This document shows positions 23,648 through 37,313 of a stretch of DNA of 43,491 nt, piece by piece. Numbering within the stretch: the first letter of the stretch is position 1; each line of letters opens with the position of its first letter. Source of the DNA: Phoronis australis. Taxonomy: Eukaryota; Animalia; Phoronida. Made by a program: the position numbers and the translations under genes. The stretch spans positions 169,521 to 213,011 of the forward strand of contig NMRA01000208.1 in assembly GCA_002633005.1 (NCBI GenBank), written 5' to 3'. A model generated the notes under the pieces. The model did no database searches, had not been told where the DNA came from, and saw only the letters and a list, made by a program, of their open reading frames with translations.

Positions 23648-26037
23648 TCTATAACCCTCGGATGCTCTCGGTACAAAGTTAGGAATTGAAGACAGCGACG
23701 GGAAATGACGTACTTTTTGTATTAATTACGATTGGCTAACAAACTTGAGACAACTGCAGTTAGGAAATTCGAGAACCAATCAACATCCGTTGATTAGAGA
23801 AAATTCCCTTAGAGCTTCGGCCAACGTTAACGTGTCGAGCTCTAAGCAAAACAAAAAAGCAAAATGGAAGTTAACAGCAAGGCGTCTCTGGTTCATCAAT
23901 CGGTGAGTAACTGAACATAATGTGAAGAACAAACATTGCAGAGCGATTGGAAATTGAATGTAAAACATTCCCGCATGCATCCTGTTGAAGAGGACCCAAG
24001 CTGCCGACTCGTACACGCCACCAGCCCAACAGGTGGCGCAGGATCCGGATCAAGTCCTCTCCCAGGCCAAAGCTTTTGTCAAAGCCAACGGAGGGGACCC
24101 GGCCAACGAGCGAATTGTGCTAGCTTCCACCATAGCACAGTTCGGCAGATATAGAGACAGAAGCTTCTATTGGATCCTTGCCAACGACATGGGGTGGACC
24201 ATAAGTCAAGTCGCCAGTTGTGACGATGCATGTTATGAAAATAAGAATAACTTAATTCAAACTCATGGGAAACATATCATGTTACTTGTAACCTGCCATC
24301 TAAAGTTCACCACCACAAAACCTTGAAATGTCACTGAATTTTATGTTAACTTAAAGTTAAGAGTTACAGGAGCAAGAAGCATTTGAAAAGTAATATATCA
24401 CCGCTCGACATATACTGCCAAATGGAAATTGAGATTGCCAAAAAGATTAAGCGGGAATTTAACCTAGCCCAGTATGTGCGACCGTGCTGTAAGCGTAAAA
24501 TGTCGCAAGGCGATGAAGCCAAGGCCACTTGTTTCAAAAGGCGTGAAATCTCCAATTAGACTAAAGAACAATTTCATTAATGGCATCAATCAAGTTTGTT
24601 TTCGAGATGGAAGGCAGGTTTATGGCTGCTTTAAGTGGTAGTGAAATACTTGAACATACTGTGTAATCGTTCACAGGTAAAAGCAGGTGTCAACAGTGTT
24701 AAAAGGAGCTTCGCCTATGGTGAAGCCGCTTGTTCTCCGGGGGTCTCTCGACTCGTGTCCGCACTGGTGGAGCAACTTTGCCTGCGGTGCCTAGTTTCCG
24801 TCAGTCGGGGGATCCGTCCTTGGACGTTACACCCTAGTGCTACGCGACTACAACAACATCAAGCGAGTCGCTGAGTCGAACGACATCAAGTTTGGCACTG
24901 GACTGCAACTGCCCAATCTCACAGCCAAGACCATCTCTCTTTGGTGAGTACAGATCTGCAAAGGCTGTAGTAAAAACCAGGTTTCAGAAACTCGTACCGT
25001 CTGGCTCATGCCAGTAGGTAATTAATGCTCAAGTTGTATTCACAAACTGCAAGATTTTCCAAGGACACACTCGAAAAACCTCGTTTCTCCTCCAGGCACT
25101 CAAAGCAAATGAAAGAGGCCGAGGTTCACACCCTGACTCAGGGCACAGTCTTGCCACCCAGACTGCAACATCCCATTCGAGTCTCCGGTAGTGCAGAGAG
25201 TTCATATTCAAGAACAAAACCGGCAGATTGCGACAGTTGCAGTCGAGCACTCCTACATTCGTCAGGAGGACACCAAAGGCAAGGGCAAACGAAAAAAACG
25301 ACGTGGAGCTGAACACTCAGGTGACCAAACGGCGCCCAGAATTGGGATTACGAGTATTTTTCTTCACTTAGTTCGTTTTCAATGACCCGACTGTAATTTA
25401 CCCATAAACGACTCACAAATTCTCGTCCTTTTCCTTGTTTCCAGCATCGCCGTCCATCTTGCCCGGTGTCTCCCTCTCTGGAGTGCAATTAACACCATTA
25501 CAACTTCCACTCCACGCGACGCATCCAGGCTCGCTTCTACAGCAGCACTATCATTTGGTGGGGTCGTCGCGTGCCACTCAGTACTACCAACGTGCTAAGC
25601 TGGTGGAGTGCGAGACCAGAGGGGTCGAGTACCCCCAGCGCAAGAGGAGTTCCACGTACAACTGTTCTAAGTGCCACTTCCCGCTCCTGGCAGCGACGGG
25701 CCATCTGAAGCACAGGAAAGCAGGCGTCTACTGCCCCTACACAGACAACGTGGAGCGGAAGCAGCAACTCCTGGCGGCGCTCAACAAAAAATAACGGCTA
25801 AGATGAACCATTTTATACTTTTATTTTTCTCATTTTACATCTCACAATGTAGTAAGAAAAGCAGCTGCGTAATTGCTCAGGGAATTTGGGTAATTGCTCA
25901 ATGACATAATTTTACCACTTAGTATTATAGGAATTTAGTATTATAGGAATTTAGTATTATAGGAATTTAGTATTATAGGAATTTAGTATTATAGTTTCGT
26001 TCAATACGTTATTTTATCTTAGCCACAAGTGCCCATG
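23648..26037 (+). mobile_element. Internally deleted Dada element, copy 2, with left terminus joined to the U6 3' half
   Basis: Keeps the N-terminal QFGRY exon, VxAGVNSVKRSF exon, HSKQMKE exon and zinc-finger exon; lacks the DDE exons; near-identical to 20133-22390. Confidence 0.82.
25919..25994. repeat. 16-bp tandem repeat, about 5 units (about 2 in the paralogous copy at 22320)
   Basis: ttagtattataggaat repeated. Confidence 0.9.
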
Positions 26038-27304
26038 GCTAGTTGAATGACATTAGGCAATCAGCGGACAGACCAGAAACACAATTCCAAGAATTCAGAG
26101 CAAGAGTTCACTGCCCAAGTCAGTGTCGAAAAACTCACAAAAAAACCTCGAAATGTCAAAAAATTTTAAGGCATCTTACGTTCAGTCATCGTTAAGTAAC
26201 TTTTAAACATATCGAGAATTACCTGCAAAATTTTCGCACATGAAAATCACAGAAATCTGTGGAAACTTTTACAATCAAAATTGACAGGAGCACCTGTTGA
26301 ATGACGTATTTAATACTGGGCGGTCACAGTATGATTTTTTTCTTTAAAAAATCAAAAAAACTTGATGTATGAGAATGAAAACACATTTAGTCAAGTTCAC
26401 GACACATTGAGAGAAGGCTGCAACAATTAGGTCAAAAGTCAATGCTCATACTAAAAGAAATTTAGGCCCGAAATATCCTTGTCAGTATCATGATAATGGC
26501 TGGAGTGAACATCCTGAACGAAAAGCTGTACAAAAAGCATAGTTTCCAGAGGAAAACTTCGACAAGAAATGTTAATTAGTTAAATGTTGATACACCGCGA
26601 AGTGATGAGTCACCAGGTTGGGTTTTGATGCAAGATGTTGCACTATTTTGTAAAAAACTCGTAATATCAAGAATAATGCGGTCACAAACATGGGGCCGGT
26701 TAGCAGCATAACATTTTAACTAACCAACAAAAATGCTTTAAATGCCCTATTTGATCGTTCATCAGGATAAACACGATTTAACAAGTAAGAAACTATTCAA
26801 CAATCCCCTATTTTCAATTTAGTATGCAAAATGACAGAGCTTAAGTAACACAACTAAGACCATGTAAGTGCAAAGGATTAGTATCAAATCAAGTTGTCAC
26901 ACCATTTTTGTACACAGTGAACACGCATGTGTACTAAGAAGATAGCCACTATTTTTGAAGCAGAATGCCAATATTTTTATCATGTCCACAGTCAATGTTA
27001 GTGTACATTATCAGCGACATACACAGAACAAGCAATCATCATACATTCACTTTAAAACATTAAGTATTTCAGTCATTCACACAACATTCATCGACAATAT
27101 CCATGTTGGTTTGCTATATCAAAATTGCCTATGTCAGCTTTCTGTCATTAGTGGTTACATTCACTTATGAATATTATTATAGCTTATCATTGCATTTTTC
27201 TTTCTAATATTTGCACACTCAAAGTGTGCTCTACTTTGGCTGACACAAATGTTAAGTTTTTATTATCCTTTCAGAGGTCTGATCTAAGACAAGTATCAAC
27301 CACC

Positions 27305-30300
27305 ATGCGGGGGCTTCAGGAAGCTCCCCAGCTCAGATTCACATATAACGGTGAACTCCAGTTGAGGAGGACCAGTACTGCCGAGTCGTATTTGCCACCA
27401 CAACAAGTGGCAAAGGATCCGGACCAAGTCCTCTGCGAACCAAAGCCAAAGCCTTTGTCAAAGCCAATGGAGGGGACCCAGCCAACATGCGACTAGTGCT
27501 AGCCTCCACCATAGCACAGTTCGGCAAGTAGAGGCAAAAGCTTTTATTGGATCCTCGCCAACGACATGGGGTGGACCATAAGTCAAGTTGCAAGTGTAAG
27601 GTTTTACTCAACTGATTTCACATAACTTCAACTTAAGTGACCACTTTTTCAGATTGTAGCGACGCCTAGGCTATGTAGTGGAAGGGTTTGTGTTTGTAAA
27701 ACCTCAAAAATTTTCTGTGGAGTGTGATGAAACTAAACTCATTTCTTAGCTAAAGCATGCAGTAATCTGATGGAGTTGTTTGCAAATATACTAAATTAGA
27801 TTTTTTTAATTAAAATCTGTGATTACTATTTAGCTATTCCATCCATTCGCAGATGAAACAAGAGCATCTAGATAGCAATTAGACCCCTCTCTGTGCTAAC
27901 AAGCAAGCTTTGGTTCATTACGTCGACACCATAGAGCAAATAAAATCAGCTGTCGCAATGCATAAACGTAAGAACGCAGCTGACAAGGAAGCTTACGCCA
28001 AGCTGTGACATATTTCATTGCCATTCAATACTTGTATTTCAGAACCTGTGGTAGAGCGACCTCACACGCAAGTCTCTCCTGCTTTGTCCGCGCAGAAATC
28101 TGCTGCTGTCAGGGCTCTCATTGCCAGCCAGCATCTGACACCATCCCAGTTGCAGCACAAGGCGTCTCGACTGCTTGGCACGCCCATCCAATCAGTGAAG
28201 AGACCCGCTTACAACATGTGGCTCAAATACAACAGTTTTCTAATAACTGTAACACTTGTATCATCACTTTATCTTGTTATTTTGTTTCATTTAATTAAAT
28301 TTTTTAAAGAACTTATTTATAGTGGATAAAGTAATGTTGGTCAGTTGTATGGTGGTAGTGACAATTGCTTTAGCACTGCTCTGGTTTTCCTGTTTTCATA
28401 TCTTCATATGCTTACTGATCCTATTTACCCTCTGCGCTAGATGCTGACCTTCACCTTAGTCCTCTAATCATGTATTTTCCTCAAGTGTATTTACCTCAAG
28501 ACAAACTATGATGATATTGTAACACTTCACTGTGCACAATTATGTATGTTAACTAGTTACATCATTCATATACAAAGCATTCATTCAAGGTAAGTGGGGT
28601 CCACTTTGGACTAATGGATCATTATTACATTAGTAAGACTTGTAAGCTAATTTCAGCTCCACCGTCGTTACATCTCTCTCATACGGTGACAAGGCCAGAG
28701 AATGTGGATATGCCATCTTCTACAACTACTGACCGTCCAGCCACGATTTCTGCCCCTACGACGACCAATCGTAATCTGCGTCCCAGACCCGAGATTGCCC
28801 CTCCTGCCCTTCCCGCCATCCGTCTTCCTGGGAACTGGGCATCCACTTTAGACCCAATGAAACACGAGTGGGTTAGCAACAACATAATCCAGTGGTCTGA
28901 CAAAGGAGTGTGCTCCGTCAAAGACACCTCCCGACTGTGGTGGTATGTAGCACTACTTCGATTTAATAGAAGTCCTTTAATTGTAATTATCGTTAAGTTT
29001 ACTGCACTTCTGTTATCATTACTTCACAACAAATACACATATACAGGATTTCTATATACTTCTAGGTATCCACCAGAACCCACTCTGACAAACAACATGC
29101 CAAAGCCGAACCTGTTCTTCGCCACACCTGTGTTTGTTTGGTTGCCCCTAGACTACTTCAAGCCAATCCTGAAGTGCGTCAAACCTGGCTGTGTTGGCGT
29201 TCTACACAAGAGCGGCTTGTACCGACAGACTAGGAAGGTTCTCGGCTTTTCTGGCTATTACATCATCGGCCAGACATTGGCTTGTCCGAAGTGCCACGCC
29301 AGATACATCAGCTGGATGGACGACATCATTAAGCAACTGGATGTCCCATCGCAGAGTCTCTTCACGGCTGTACTATCCAGACAGTGAGTAAAAGCAATTG
29401 CCTTAAGAACGAAATCATGTTCGTCATCGGTCTGAATTCATACTTTACATACTTAACGTGATGTCATTTTGTAGTATCATTGTAATTCACAACAATTTTA
29501 ATTCACATTACGTTATTATTTTCATTTCAGGAGAGCCATCGACAAAAAAGTACTCTATCTGATGAAGGAGCGTACCCTCGGAAACAGTTCCACCAAGCTT
29601 CACAACCAACGTAGAGAGGTACACTCCGAGCAGTACAAGCAAAAGACTATGCGCTTCCTAAAGGTCGCGAAGAAGATAGTCGTCTCACCTTTCGTTTCTG
29701 AGGAAGACAAGCGTGTACCAGTCCTGCCAGAGATGCCGCTAGTTCTATCCGCGCAATAGCTGATTGACATCTTCGCCTACGACGTCCAGCAGCGAGGCGA
29801 CATCAAAGCCTCGGTAACGTCAGTTTTTGGCAAGGTACTCAAGATGGATTCTACAAAGCAGATTACAAAGAAACTCGCTGGTGACGCCCAGGACACTGAT
29901 GGATGGCTCACGAATGTTGGCAACGAGTAAGGCCAGGTGCTCATTTCAGTGCTGACGGGACAACAAGGCGCTGGGCTCACCAAGATGACCAACGGCCTGA
30001 TGGAGAGATATCGTGCTGCGGGAGTCGAGCCACCATCCCTGCTGTACGTCAACCGTGATTCCTGCTCCGCAAGTGGACCCTGCTAACTCAACAGGGAATT
30101 CGATTAGTGGCCTGACCTGAAGGTTTTTCTTGACGTCTGGCACATCATGCGAAGGTTCGCCGCTTGCGTCTACACGGAGTCGCACCCTCTCTACGGAGTG
30201 TTCAGGAGTAGTCTCTCTTCAGCCATTTTTGAATGGAGTGCTCAAGACCTGAGCCTGCTTCGCACCACTAAAAGAGCAGAGTTAGAGCTGGCGGGCTGTC

Positions 30301-33300
30301 CATACCAACTGACAGATGCTGAAATCGATCGTCGCATCACCCGCTAAGAGTTAGCCCGCCACTGCCGTCGTCGAACCCGAGGAGTCGCGGCTACAACATG
30401 AGACCTGAAAGCCCTTCTCGACGAGTTGTCCGGGCCAAACGGAAAGGACACCCTCGGAGTTCCCTTACTCAACTCTGCAGCTGTCCGGAAGACTTGGGAG
30501 ACAGAAAAAAAACATACCTCCTGCATCCAAGACCCTTCAGGCGTCTCGTTCTACACCAAGACAGGCTCCATCGTTAAAGGTAATTATCCCGTTTCCTAGT
30601 CTTACAATAAATGATTAACATCACTGACAAGTTGTAGGATAATATTTGGATACGCCTAGCAAGCTAAAATCCCGTTCAATGACTTATGTATATGTAATAT
30701 TTTTTCAGGGGGCGTAGAGCTACCAGTCTTCCGTTGTGCTCGAGGTTCAACATCGCTCGAGTCGTTTCATTACCACGTGAAGCATTTCATTCCATGAACC
30801 GTGGCCAGTGCAGCTCACTTCCAGTGCTATCTTCTCGAAGGACTGTACCGGTGGAATGAAGACAGGATACGTGCGGCGTCAGAAACCGACATACCTCACA
30901 TTCGCTCGTTCCGAGCCGTCAAAGACCACACCTCGGCGACCTCCACCAAGAACTGTACGGCAACCCTTCGACCTAGGCCTGCAGAAACCAGCCAAGTACA
31001 CCGGCGAGTTGATCGGAGTAGACTACCTTTTCGACCAAATTGGGAAAGACCTTACCAGTCTCGATCAACAGGATGATGTTGAGGACCCTACTGATGCAGA
31101 CGGCCTCGTCAACCAGTTGCCAGTAAATGAAGACGAGGAGATTGTGGACGAGACTATCCGTCAGCTGCTCCTACCAATGCAGCCGGCGGCCATCCTGCTT
31201 ACAGACGTTCCTGTCTTGTCACCACCCAGCCCAGTTCCAACTGCCACAAGGGAAAGCGATGCAACATCCGCAGGCCTCCCGGACGTCCAATCCACTGAGG
31301 CTTCAGTCCTTGGGGAGCGGACAGAAGGAGACCGATCGCTTTCTGCAGACACCTCTAGCAGGTCGATCAGCTACAGAAGCGACGCCAGCTTCCAGGACCT
31401 CCCCCAAGCCAGAACACGTAAGTTGACTCAGAAGTTAAACACTTTTTATACAACTGTGCGCATTATCTTTTCTTCAATTACGACACAATGCCTAATATTC
31501 TTTCTCGGTTGTTTCAGGTCACCAAAGACCCGATGACATGCCGGGTTGCGACAATGTTTGCCGTCTCGTGGATCTTCTGATTGACATACGAAAAGTCCCT
31601 AACCGATTCCACAGCCCATGTCTAAGTATTGGAATACTTATTTTAGATACTACTTAATTGTATATACCTCTATGTATACAAGTTTCATTTATGAATTGTT
31701 TACAACCCAGATATAATGCTTCGCGGTTACTGGGTTTGTTATTATTTCTTTGTATGTTCTGTGTATCCTTCAATAAATATATATCACAGTGAAAAAATAA
31801 ATTCCACAGCCCAGAAGATAGTCGAAGCTTACCACCAGCTGGACGACTGTGATAAGAAGATCGACTACACACCACGCCACAGAGACCGTGTTCTAAATCA
31901 TTTCAGACGCTCTAAGGGGGAGCACGTACTGCTTTCAGTTGGCTGCTAAATTGAGTTACGTTATCTGGTTATCCAAAGTAAACAGCAGGAAAGGCGCTGG
32001 TTAATGCCAAGACATGCAGTGCCTTCCATGACCTGCATAAACTATAAGCTAATGAGTGTGCTGAGCACTAAGAAGACTATTCCTACAAAGAAGTGGAAGT
32101 TAGCAAAAATTCCTTATTGTGAAACAATTCCAATAGTCACGACACTGTGAAATGAATCACAATTTTCCATTGGAATTATTTCCCAATTTATAGTTATTAA
32201 GGAATTCTTATCCCGAATTGCTCTTGTATCTGTTCCCAGGTAGAAGCAGGTGTCGACAGTGTTAAGAGGAGCTTCGCCCATGGCCAGGCTGCATGTTCTC
32301 CAGGGGTCTTAAGACTGGTGTTCTCACTGGTGGAACAACTTTGTCTGAGGCGCCTCGTTTCCACGAGAGTCGAGAGATTCTACGTGAACCGCTACAACCT
32401 AGTGCTCTGTTACTGCAACAACATCAAGCGAGTCGAGTCGAACAATGTCATCAAGTTCAGCACCGCACTGCAACCAGCTAATCTTACGGCCAAGACCATC
32501 TCTCTTAGGTGAGTAAACTACAATAGTCGAACTTGTGAAACTACACATAATCAGACATTCATTTACAAAAACTGCTTTGTATTTTAGGCACTCTAAGAAA
32601 AGCAAGGAGAGTGAGGTACATACTCTCACTCGGGGTATAACATTGCCACCGAGAATACATGTGCAAGCCACAGAGGTACCATTCGAGCCACCAATAGTGC
32701 AGAGAGTCAACATCCAAGAAGAAAATCAAAAGATTACAGCAGTTGCAGCAGAGCACTCTTACATATGCCCCAGAGACACCGAGGGCCAGGGCAAGCGAAG
32801 GCAATGCCATGGTGCTGAACCCTCAGCGGACCAAACAGCGCCCGCGACTGACGTCAAGTGAGTGCTTCCCTTATCGTATCTCTAGTATTTTAAAACGGAT
32901 ATAGTTTTATTGGTGCCAGTTATTTAATGGAGAAAACAACTTATTCTAATATGCAAATCATCTACTCTCGTTACACTTACTGCTTGCAGCAGCGCCGACA
33001 ATCTCGTCTGGTGCCTCCCTCTTTGGTTTGCCTTTACCACCTGTGCACCTTCCAATACTATCAACAGACTCAGCCTCGCTCCTACGGCAACATCAACATG
33101 TCGTGGGATCCTCTCTAACTGGTTTGTATTACAAACGTTTGAAGCAGTAGGAGTGTGAGACAAAAGGGGTTGTGTTACCACAGCGTAGAAAGACTGGGAC
33201 ATACAACTGCAAGAAGTGCCACTTCCCACTGCTGCAGGAGACCGGCCACTTGAAACACCGAAAGCTTGGAGTCTACTGCCCCTACGCTGACAGCGACGAG

Positions 33301-33342
33301 AAGAAACAAGAATTCCTGGCGGCGTACAAGAAAAAGAAATAA
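27305..33342 (+). mobile_element. Dada-type (DUF6729-like) DDE transposase gene, about 11 exons, pseudogenised
   Basis: Motifs QFGK..KSFYWILAND, LWWYPPEP, CxxxxC/CPKC, LKMDSTK (29847), TNVGNE*GQVLISVLT, LYVNRD (30051), LDVWHIMRRF (DxxH), FRCARGSTSLESFH (E at 30759), LLEGLYRWNEDR, C-terminal YNCKKC..TGH..YCP; GT-AG introns; many stops and frameshifts. Confidence 0.85.
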
Positions 33343-33595
33343 CCTATTACGACCTTTTTTGTATTATTTGATAGATTAAGATTTAGATTTTCGGGAATTT
33401 GATTAAGATTTAGATTTTGTTATCATAGATAAGAAGAAAAAGAAAAAAAAAGAATAAGTTTTTAGTCTGACATAAGTAGTGTTTGAATGCAAGTTCCTTT
33501 CATAAATTATATTAAGCATGTTAATGTGGCATAGCCCAATAACCCTTGATGGTATACCTCAGGAATCTAAACATCTCCAGTTGTTCAGAGAGTGG

Positions 33596-33960
33596 ACATA
33601 AAGCAGGCGTCTACTGCCTCTACACAGAATAGGAGCGGAAGCAGGAACTCCTGGCAGTGCTCAACAAAAAAAGAGGCTAAGATTACCTATTTTATACCTT
33701 TGTCTGTTCTACATCTCATAATTAGTAATTAGTAATATAGCATGTTAATTATATTATTTAATCCAAAAAAAATGCTGATTTTGGTTAATCTTCCCGAATC
33801 ATCAACATTTTTTCTCTAAATAACTTATGTTTAAGTTTTCCTTAATAAGTATTCACCATGCATAAAGTAGTATGCCTGCTTTGAACATGGTAGCAGAGCC
33901 TAGATATTTCAACTCTGTATTTGTCAAGTTTCAGCTCCCGCCAAGACACACCTTACCAGG
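33596..33960 (+). mobile_element. Remnant of another Dada 3' end (zinc-finger exon tail and 3' flank)
   Basis: aaagcaggcgtctactgcc...ctcaacaaaaaa and following sequence align by eye to about 22115-22590. Confidence 0.7.
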
Positions 33961-34809
33961 CATCACGTTTGCCACCATCCGAAAACGAGTGTTTGACCAG
34001 CCGACAATTAACGAGTTAATGGGTTACTTGGACATTACAACAAGTCTTAATATACTCCGAGGCCTCCATTGGCATCAGGTGACTTACTTGCCTACCAACG
34101 GCCAATTCTTCAATAGCAAGAGATCAAAGGAAAAAAGATTCACATTGCTGTGACTCTGACCATTGGTCAGTTATTTATTGCACCTATTTCAAATGTTTTG
34201 GATGAGCTAATTCTGCCAACAGTTTGACCTTCTATTGTGCTATGTCTGCCTGGAAGTACGCTGCTGCAAAAGCTCTCCTCATTGAGCACTAACTCCAGTC
34301 TATTCAACAGAATGCTTATGGAAACCTCAAAAAAAGTAATGCCCGTCATCCTTAGGTTGAAGAACTGCCTTATACGCTCCATAGTTAGGAATAAACATTA
34401 CATGTAGTAATTCCCATTGGTTGACAAAGACAAGCCAAGAACCAATTAACATTTGTGAGTAGGACCAATTCGTCTTACAGAGGATCAATCAAATGAGCAA
34501 TACATGCAGTGATCAGTAACTGAGAAGCCACTGCAACTAAAGATAATCACTCCAAAATACACACACACACATATATATATATATGTAAATAACTAATTAA
34601 CTATTGACAAGGCACTGTGGCTAAGCTACTGAAAGAGCAGCAGTGTGTGCACATTAGTGCTGGGTTTTACAAAGGTGCTTGAATGAGACATTGAAGTCTT
34701 TAGGACAAGACACACCTGATATGGTAAATGTAACCCTGAAAGTAAAACGAAGACAAAATGGGACACTGGAACTACTGAGTGTGGATACTAAGCTGAAGGA
34801 AACTTCCCA

Positions 34810-36660
34810 CGCATTGTGTGCGAATGCGAACTCCGCACATCTCCACAAGTCACTAGCCAAGGCACTGTCATAAGCTGTATTAGAGCAAGACACACAATGG
34901 CTAAGGGTCCAGTCTCTACGTAGGGTGTAATTACTTCAAAACAAAAGTCCGAAAGTCGGATGTAACACAGTCTGTGGGCAGAGTTGCTGCAGCACCCATA
35001 ACACTTATCATGCATTGGGCCTCTACAGCAGCTGAGTTTCTAGAGTTTGTTAATGGGGGTGAGAACATAATTTCTGCACATTTCAAAATGGCATTTGCCA
35101 ACGCGCTATCGTGATGTTACTAGCAGGAAAAGAAGCAAAGAGAAAGGAGCCTGGCTTTAGAGTATGGTGCAATTACGTGATGTGATAACGAACCATTGTG
35201 TATACAATTGCGTAAACGCCCCTTTCGGACATAATACAGATGTTTCATTTTGACATGCTGATCGGGTAAGAACACAATTTCAGCACATCTCAACAAGTCA
35301 TGGCAAATGCACTTTCATCTGTTGTATTGCTAGCAAGGAAAGATGCACAAGCGGTAGGGGTCCAGGTTCTACGTAGGAAGTAATTATGCCAAACCAAATG
35401 GCTGAATGTCCCCTTCGGACACAACACGACTCTGTTCCATTTCAACAAGCCTTTGATATGCAGTGGGCAGAGCCACTCTTAGACACAACTCGGCTCTATT
35501 CCACGTCTCACTCAGTGCCTTCACAGCAACTGAGCTTTAGAAAGTTTCTTAACCCCAGGTGACATGATTACAGCACATTTCATAAAGTCATTTTGCCAAT
35601 GCGTTATCAGAAGTGTTAGGAGCATGGCAAGACAAAATAAAAGGAGTCTGGAATTGTGATAACGAAGTATCACATATGCAAGTGCCTAAATGCCTCTTTC
35701 GGGCATAATGCAGAGCTCACCTAACGTCACTATCAGAAACAACACGGTTCTTTTTCATTTCAACAACCCTTTGATACAATCTGTGGGCAGAGTTGCTGCA
35801 GTACCAGCCCCAATATTACCAATGAACATAACAAATCTCTGTAATTTCAGCACATCTCCAAGTCACTTGCAAATGCGCTCTCACCTGTTGTGCTACTAGC
35901 AAGGAAGGACGCACATGAAGTAGGCGTTCAGGTTCCAACTAGGATGTAATGAGGCCATAATAAATACATGAATGTCTCTTTCGGATATAACACAGCTCTG
36001 TTCACAACAACAAGCTTTTATTAGTCAGTGGCCAGAGTTGCTGCAGCACCCGACCGAATGTCACTGTTGGACAAAATGTCTTATTTAGTGAGCTAAGGAA
36101 TAATACTCACTCATTGTGCGAGAATGCGATTTCAGCACACCAAGTCACTTGCAAATGCGCTCTCATCTGTTGTATTACTAACAAGAAAAGACGCACAACC
36201 AGTAGGCGTCAAGGTTCCAAGTTGGATGTAGTCATGCCAAACCGAATGCCTGAAAGTATCCGTCATAACACGGCTCTGTTTCATTATAACAAGCCTTTAA
36301 TACAGTCTGTGGACAATTACTGCGGCACCCAACTGAATGTCACTATTGGACATAACACCTTTGCAGCAAATTGAGTCTTCTGATCTAATTACCTGATTGA
36401 GTGAGAACAAGACTGCAGCACATCTCACCACGTGACTTGCCCATGCACTATCGTCGGTAGTATAACTAGCACAGAAAGACACACAAGAAGAAGTGGGTCT
36501 GGTTTCAGAGTTTGATGCAAAATATGTGACAAAATATCACATATACAAGTGCCCTTTCAGACATAAAGCGGCTCTAGTCAATTTTGACAAGCCTTTCATA
36601 AAATCTGTGGGCAGAGTTGCTAGAGCACCCACAGTACTGTTCCATTTCAACAGGCCTGTT
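34810..36660. repeat. Old degenerate array of ~250-300 bp units
   Basis: Recurring ctgtgggcagagttgctgcagcacc, cataacacggctctgttccatttcaacaagcc and cagcacatctc..caagtcacttgcaaatgc motifs, about 6-7 units. Confidence 0.75.
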
Positions 36661-36992
36661 GACTTCCATAAGTCAGCAGCCCAAAAGGTGGCAAAGGATC
36701 CAGATGAAGTTCTTCCCCAAACAAAGCTTTGGTCAAAACCAATGAATGGGATCCACTCACGCCAACCTCCACCACAGCACAGTTCCGCAGATACCGTCAC
36801 AGAGGCTTCTACTGGATCCTCACCGACGACATTTGATGAACCGTAAGTTGCCAGTGTGAGTTGTGATAGCAACAATTATGAAAATAAGAATATTAAGTCA
36901 AAGGAAGTGATATCTGTATCAATTAGAAATGTGCTGTCCCACTACCACCAACACAAAACCTCAAGAGACCATTATATTCTATGTCAACTTTA
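36661..36992 (+). mobile_element. Remnant of a Dada N-terminal exon and following intron
   Basis: AQKVAKDPDEVL..., cacagttc, tactggatcct, gccagtgtgagttgtga, tatgaaaataagaata align to about 24005-24352. Confidence 0.7.
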
Positions 36993-37313
36993 TACATGAA
37001 CATCATATTAATCTTCAACATAACGGCTTTAAGGATCTTTTAATCATAATCCTTTATTTGTATTAAAGTTAAAGTGTTCTGGAAATGCAGTTGCTTTGTG
37101 AATGTTCTCTATCCAAACATTAATTTCACAAAGGATGCATCTCATAATGTCAATGACGTCAACTCTAATGTGACATCTTTGTAATGTAGTCAAAAATGTA
37201 TACGCCAATGAAAGTCGGAAAGGAAAACTTTTGGCTTTTTTTAACCCCAATATCAGACTACAGTAAATTTCGACCGTAGCTAGCTAAATTTGCACAACAT
37301 TGATACCATGCAG

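Noticed and set aside
26038-27274. Left terminus of the full-length Dada copy
   Set aside because: No U6 junction and no match to the 23648 terminus found, so the boundary cannot be placed
27305-33342. Functional host gene or active transposase
   Set aside because: Multiple in-frame stops (e.g. 29757, 29928, 30345) and frameshifts
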